A program made the translations under genes and the position numbers. DNA of 64,000 bases from Thermosediminibacterales bacterium (GTDB taxonomy: Bacteria > Bacillota > Thermosediminibacteria > Koleobacterales > JARRCM01). The DNA lies in NCBI GenBank assembly GCA_029982205.1, contig JARRCM010000006.1, positions 9,438-73,437 of the forward strand. Direction: 5' to 3'. The notes below the pieces were generated by a model. That model was given only the letters and a program-made list of their open reading frames with translations, did not search any database and was not told where the DNA came from. Below, piece after piece: positions 59,911 to 64,000 of the stretch (the first letter of the stretch is position 1; the number at the start of each line of letters is the position of its first letter).

Positions 59911-62151
59911 TTAAAATGAATCACTTCCTGATTTAGTTTTTTCAAAATTAAAATATTTGTCAAACTGCTGTTTGCTTATCAAAACCTGACGGGGTTTTGT
60001 CCCTTCATATCCTCCTATGTAACCATGTTCTTCCATTTGATCAATTAAGCGAGCAGCCCTTGTATAACCAATATGTAATCGGCGTTGAAGCAAAGAAATT
60101 GACGCTTGGCCCGTATCAACAATTAATTTTAATGCTTCAACAAAAAGCTCGTCAACATCAGAAGAATTTTTAGTGTTCGGTTCTTCATTAATAACTATCT
60201 CTTCCTGCTGAATATGTTCCCCCTGTTTTTTTATAAATTTTACTACTTCTTCTACTTCTTTTTCAGTAATATAAGTCCCCTGTATTCTTTTGGGTTTTGA
60301 AAAACCAACAGGATAAAAAAGCATATCTCCTTTCCCTAAAAGCTTTTCAGCTCCATTCATATCTAAAATTGTTCTGGAATCGGTTTGTGAAGAAACCGCA
60401 AAAGATATCCTTGAAGGAATGTTTGCTTTTATAACACCAGTAATAACATCCACTGACGGCCTTTGAGTCGCCACTACAAGATGAATGCCTGCAGCCCTGG
60501 CCATTTGAGCAAGACGGCAAATCGCATCTTCAACATCAGCAGGTGCAACCATCATTAAGTCTGATAATTCATCTATTATCACCACAATCTGAGGCATAAG
60601 AGAAGTGTTTTCATTGATTTTTTCATTGTAGCGCTGAATATCTCTAACACCTGTTTTTGCAAATTTTCTATAACGGTTCTCCATTTCTGAAACAACCCAG
60701 TTCAAAGCCGATGCAGCCTTTTTAGCATCAGTTATAACAGGTGTTAAAAGGTGAGGAATTCCGTTATATGTTGTTAATTCCACAACTTTAGGGTCTATAA
60801 GCAGCATTTTGACTTCATACGGAGATGCCTTATAAAGAATGCTTATAATAATGGTATTAATACAAACACTTTTTCCCGATCCTGTAGCACCGGCAATCAA
60901 TAAATGAGGCATTTGAGACAGGTCTGCCACAACAGGATTTCCGGTTATATCTTTTCCCAAAGCTATAGTAAGTTTGGACTTGCTTTCTTTAAAAGCTTTT
61001 GTTTCTATTACTTCTCTACAATGAACAAGCGATATTTGTTTGTTTGGAATTTCAATACCTACAGCCGCTTTTCCAGGAATCGGTGCTTCTATCCTTACAT
61101 CAGGTGCTGCCAAACTAAGAGCTATATCATCAGTCAAAGAAACTATTTTGCTGACTTTAGTACCGGGTGTTGGCTGTATTTCATATTTAGTTACTGCAGG
61201 CCCGCAATTAACTTGAATTACTTTTGCATCTACACCGAAACTTTTTAGTGTGTTTTCCAGTGTTTTTGCATTATTTAAAAGCTCTTTTTGTGTTATAGTT
61301 GTTTTTTTCCGCATATCTTTTTTTAAAATCGATAATGGAGGCAGTTTATAGTCAGATATCTTTTCATTAACACCGTTTATTTTTATATCCAAAGTATCAT
61401 TGTCTTCTGTCTCGGAGTTCATTTCTGATTTTGTTTGAGGGTGAACTTGAATTTGCCCTTCCGTGTTAGAAATATTCAATTCTTTTGGTTCAATCACAGG
61501 TATGTTTTCTTCGCTGTTTTCTTTTAAGTTCTTTAACACGAAAACCAATACGTTGTTTTTAACAATCAAAAAAAGATTATATAATATTTTTAAAAAAGCT
61601 TTTATCAAGGAAGTTATGGTAGTATTTACTGTTAATAAAAAACCTATCAAAATAACAGCACTTAAAACAATTTTAATCCCGGACATGCCAAAAAGTTTAT
61701 AAAAACCTATAGTTAGAATCCCGCCAATAAATCCACCTCCTTTTCCTTCAATGCCAAGGTCAATGCTGTTTTTCAGGTTTTGAACAAAAGAAAGTTCTTT
61801 CAGGTTTTGTTCATAAAACGGAATATGTAAAAAAGTTAATATTGCCAAAAAAATAAGCATGATACCTAAAAATCTGGTATTTATATTATTAAATTTGGAA
61901 CGAAATATTATGACCATAACCCCAAAAACCATAATTAAAAACGGAAACAGTACAGCTCCTTTTCCGGTCAAACCTTCCAAAATTTTACTCAAAAATCTGC
62001 CTATATTTCCTCCCTTTTGGGATAAAAGACTAATATAACATAAAGCGGAAAAAGCAATCAAAATTATTCCAAGTATTTCTGATTTTATATCTTCTTTAAT
62101 TTTATCTTCAGCAGACATAACAATCACCCCATGTCTAATATTTCTACACAA
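59911..62151 (-). CDS. ftsK: DNA translocase FtsK/SpoIIIE
   Basis: 746 aa. 4-5 N-terminal TM helices, a linker, the motor domain (Walker A GATGSGKS, Walker [11 protein letters not shown]) and a C-terminal gamma winged helix. Confidence 0.95.
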   Translation of the reverse strand: MCRNIRHGVIVMSAEDKIKEDIKSEILGIILIAFSALCYISLLSQKGGNIGRFLSKILEGLTGKGAVLFPFLIMVFGVMVIIFRSKFNNINTRFLGIMLIFLAILTFLHIPFYEQNLKELSFVQNLKNSIDLGIEGKGGGFIGGILTIGFYKLFGMSGIKIVLSAVILIGFLLTVNTTITSLIKAFLKILYNLFLIVKNNVLVFVLKNLKENSEENIPVIEPKELNISNTEGQIQVHPQTKSEMNSETEDNDTLDIKINGVNEKISDYKLPPLSILKKDMRKKTTITQKELLNNAKTLENTLKSFGVDAKVIQVNCGPAVTKYEIQPTPGTKVSKIVSLTDDIALSLAAPDVRIEAPIPGKAAVGIEIPNKQISLVHCREVIETKAFKESKSKLTIALGKDITGNPVVADLSQMPHLLIAGATGSGKSVCINTIIISILYKASPYEVKMLLIDPKVVELTTYNGIPHLLTPVITDAKKAASALNWVVSEMENRYRKFAKTGVRDIQRYNEKINENTSLMPQIVVIIDELSDLMMVAPADVEDAICRLAQMARAAGIHLVVATQRPSVDVITGVIKANIPSRISFAVSSQTDSRTILDMNGAEKLLGKGDMLFYPVGFSKPKRIQGTYITEKEVEEVVKFIKKQGEHIQQEEIVINEEPNTKNSSDVDELFVEALKLIVDTGQASISLLQRRLHIGYTRAARLIDQMEEHGYIGGYEGTKPRQVLISKQQFDKYFNFEKTKSGSDSF

Positions 62152-62227
62152 AACAATAAATCCCTTTTAAAACAAAGAACACAAAGAACATAATAAAAAG
62201 ACACAGAATATAATTTCCATGTCTTTA

Positions 62228-63043
62228 CTAAGCAAATAATATAACTAATAAAGCTAAAATCCAACAATAAATGGAAAAATAGTATAGCTTCCCACGATTA
62301 AGAATATTAATCAAAAATTTAATAGCTATTATTCCTGAAACTGCTGAAGTTATAACACCCGCAACAAGGGGAGTTACAAAAATATTATTAATACCTATAT
62401 CTAAAACATCTTTTGATTTTAATAAAGCTGCACCCAAAACTGCCGGTAAAGAGAGCAAAAATGAATATCTAACAGCATTTTGGTGGCTTAGCCCCCGGAG
62501 CAGGCCTGCAAATATCGTCGCTCCTGATCGAGAAATACCAGGGGTTACTGCAAGCCCTTGAAAAAAACCGATAAAGACAGCATCCCCAACTTTCATATCT
62601 GAAAAAGATTTATTCTTTTTAGGTATTTTATCGCTTAATAAAAGAAAAAATCCTGTAATTATCAACATGAATCCTACAAATGAAGGTGAGTTAAACAGTT
62701 TTTCAATGAAATCTTGAAAGGTAAATCCGATAACTGCAGTAGGTATACTTCCTACTATTATCATAATTATCAAATATTCATATGTATCTATTTTTAAACT
62801 TTTGATTTTTAGAAAACCAGCTAAAATATTTACCGTCCCCTTAACAAGATTTTTCACATCTTCATAAAAAACTATAATTATCGAAAACAATGTTCCTAGA
62901 TGTAAAGCTATTTCATATAATGATCCGGGTTCTTCGACTTTTAATATGCTTTTAATTATTACTAAATGACCTGAACTGCTAATAGGCAAAAATTCTGTTA
63001 ATCCTTGAAAAACACCTAAAATAATCCCTTCAATAAGTGTCAT
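62228..63043 (-). CDS. uppP: Undecaprenyl-diphosphatase
   Basis: 271 aa polytopic protein. BacA motifs GLTEFLPISSSGH and PGISRSGATI. Confidence 0.93.
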   Translation of the reverse strand: MTLIEGIILGVFQGLTEFLPISSSGHLVIIKSILKVEEPGSLYEIALHLGTLFSIIIVFYEDVKNLVKGTVNILAGFLKIKSLKIDTYEYLIIMIIVGSIPTAVIGFTFQDFIEKLFNSPSFVGFMLIITGFFLLLSDKIPKKNKSFSDMKVGDAVFIGFFQGLAVTPGISRSGATIFAGLLRGLSHQNAVRYSFLLSLPAVLGAALLKSKDVLDIGINNIFVTPLVAGVITSAVSGIIAIKFLINILNRGKLYYFSIYCWILALLVILFA

Positions 63044-63082
63044 GATATCCCTTCCCTAAATTTTTTTGATGTGCACACGATT

Positions 63083-63111
63083 ATTATATCTTTTTTATTA
63101 TCAATTTACAA
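63083..63111 (-). promoter_or_regulatory. Sigma-A promoter for uppP
   Basis: TTGTAA (63111-63106), a 17-nt spacer and TATAAT (63088-63083). Confidence 0.5.
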
Positions 63112-63120
63112 TGTGTTTAA

Positions 63121-63140
63121 ATCATTCATGATCATTCATG
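63121..63140. repeat. Tandem direct repeat, 2 x ATCATTCATG
   Basis: Exact 10-mer duplicated head-to-tail, 10 nt upstream of the uppP -35 element. Confidence 0.9.
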
Positions 63141-63154
63141 TAATTGTCATATAA

Positions 63155-64000
63155 TCACCTAATGGTTTTTTTTAAAAAAATTATGTAGTAGTCCAAAAAC
63201 GGCAGAAACAAAATAACGTTTATAATATTAAACAAAGTATGGAAAACAACCAACTGGTGTTCAACTCTAGATTTTATGATGAGATTAATCAGGTCGCTTA
63301 AAGGTTTAATCAAAAAAATCGCCCATATTATACCAATAAAATTAAAAATAATATGGGCTGCCGCAGCTCTTTTACCATTTTTATTTGAAAACAATGAAGC
63401 CAAAAAAGCAGTAATACATGTTCCTAAATTCTGACCTAAAATAACAGGTATTCCTGTTTTTAAATCAATTAATCCTTCGGAAGCCAAAGCCAAAAGAAAT
63501 CCCATTGTTGCACTGCTGCTTTGAACTATTAAAGTAAGGATCAAACTCGATAATACACCTAATACAGGATTAAATTTAAATTTTTCAATCATATGTCCGA
63601 TAAATTCACTATTCCTCAGTGGATAAAGAGATATCTTAGTTATATTTAATCCAAAAACTATAAAGCTCAAACCAAGTAATATATCTCCTACGGCCTTTGT
63701 TTTAAAATTTTTACTGACCAATTTTATAACTAAACCTATCAAAAGTATAAAGGGCGCAAGGTCATCCAAGTTTAATATTAAAATATAAGAAGTAAAAGTT
63801 GTTCCTATATTTGCACCTAATATAAGACCTACTGCCTGAGTAATTTCAATTATATTTTCATTTAATAAACTTATAATTATAACTGTCATAGAACTGCTGC
63901 TTTGAATTATAGCTGTAATAACTGTTCCAAAAAAGATAGCTTTAATATGACTGTCAGTAAATAATTTGATAAGTTGTTTTATATGGCCTGAAACTACATT
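63155..64000 (-). CDS. Na+/Pi-cotransporter family protein (C-terminal part; the gene continues beyond the window)
   Basis: Polytopic, with the repeated motifs QSSSA/T (TAIIQSSSS, LIVQSSSATMG) and GANIGTT / GQNLGTC. The frame stays open upstream of the track Met through position 64000. Confidence 0.8.
   Translation of the reverse strand, partial: NVVSGHIKQLIKLFTDSHIKAIFFGTVITAIIQSSSSMTVIIISLLNENIIEITQAVGLILGANIGTTFTSYILILNLDDLAPFILLIGLVIKLVSKNFKTKAVGDILLGLSFIVFGLNITKISLYPLRNSEFIGHMIEKFKFNPVLGVLSSLILTLIVQSSSATMGFLLALASEGLIDLKTGIPVILGQNLGTCITAFLASLFSNKNGKRAAAAHIIFNFIGIIWAIFLIKPLSDLINLIIKSRVEHQLVVFHTLFNIINVILFLPFLDYYIIFLKKTIR

Overview
This is a 64 kb chromosomal core segment from a low-GC, spore-forming Firmicute of Clostridia-like type. 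I call 57 CDS and 7 tRNAs, and every one is on the minus strand. Gene order follows classic Bacillus/Clostridium synteny. The blocks are folC-valS; engB-lon-lonB-clpX-clpP-tig; two tRNA clusters; aroA-aroF-aroB-aroC; ysnB-rdgB-rph-gerM; hfq-miaA-mutL-mutS-miaB; spoVS-ymdB-rny-recX-recA-cinA; and pgsA-rimO-rodZ-selU-ftsK-uppP. RNA regulators readable from the sequence are two T-box leaders (valS, and a Tyr-specifier one inside the aro cluster) and a riboswitch-like leader at the left edge that is tentatively cobalamin class. Less conserved content sits at 22.7-33.1 kb, 41-44.3 kb and 50.6-56 kb. The most interesting item is an agr-type peptide quorum-sensing operon at 28.6-29.9 kb. Its 41-codon AgrD precursor is missing from the ORF track. 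The operon has no AgrC/AgrA, begins with an unknown 5-TM protein, and is followed 63 nt later by a multi-TM GGDEF/HD-GYP c-di-GMP enzyme. I found no CRISPR, rRNA, transposase or prophage signatures. All functional calls come from reading the translations for motifs and synteny; no database search was run.
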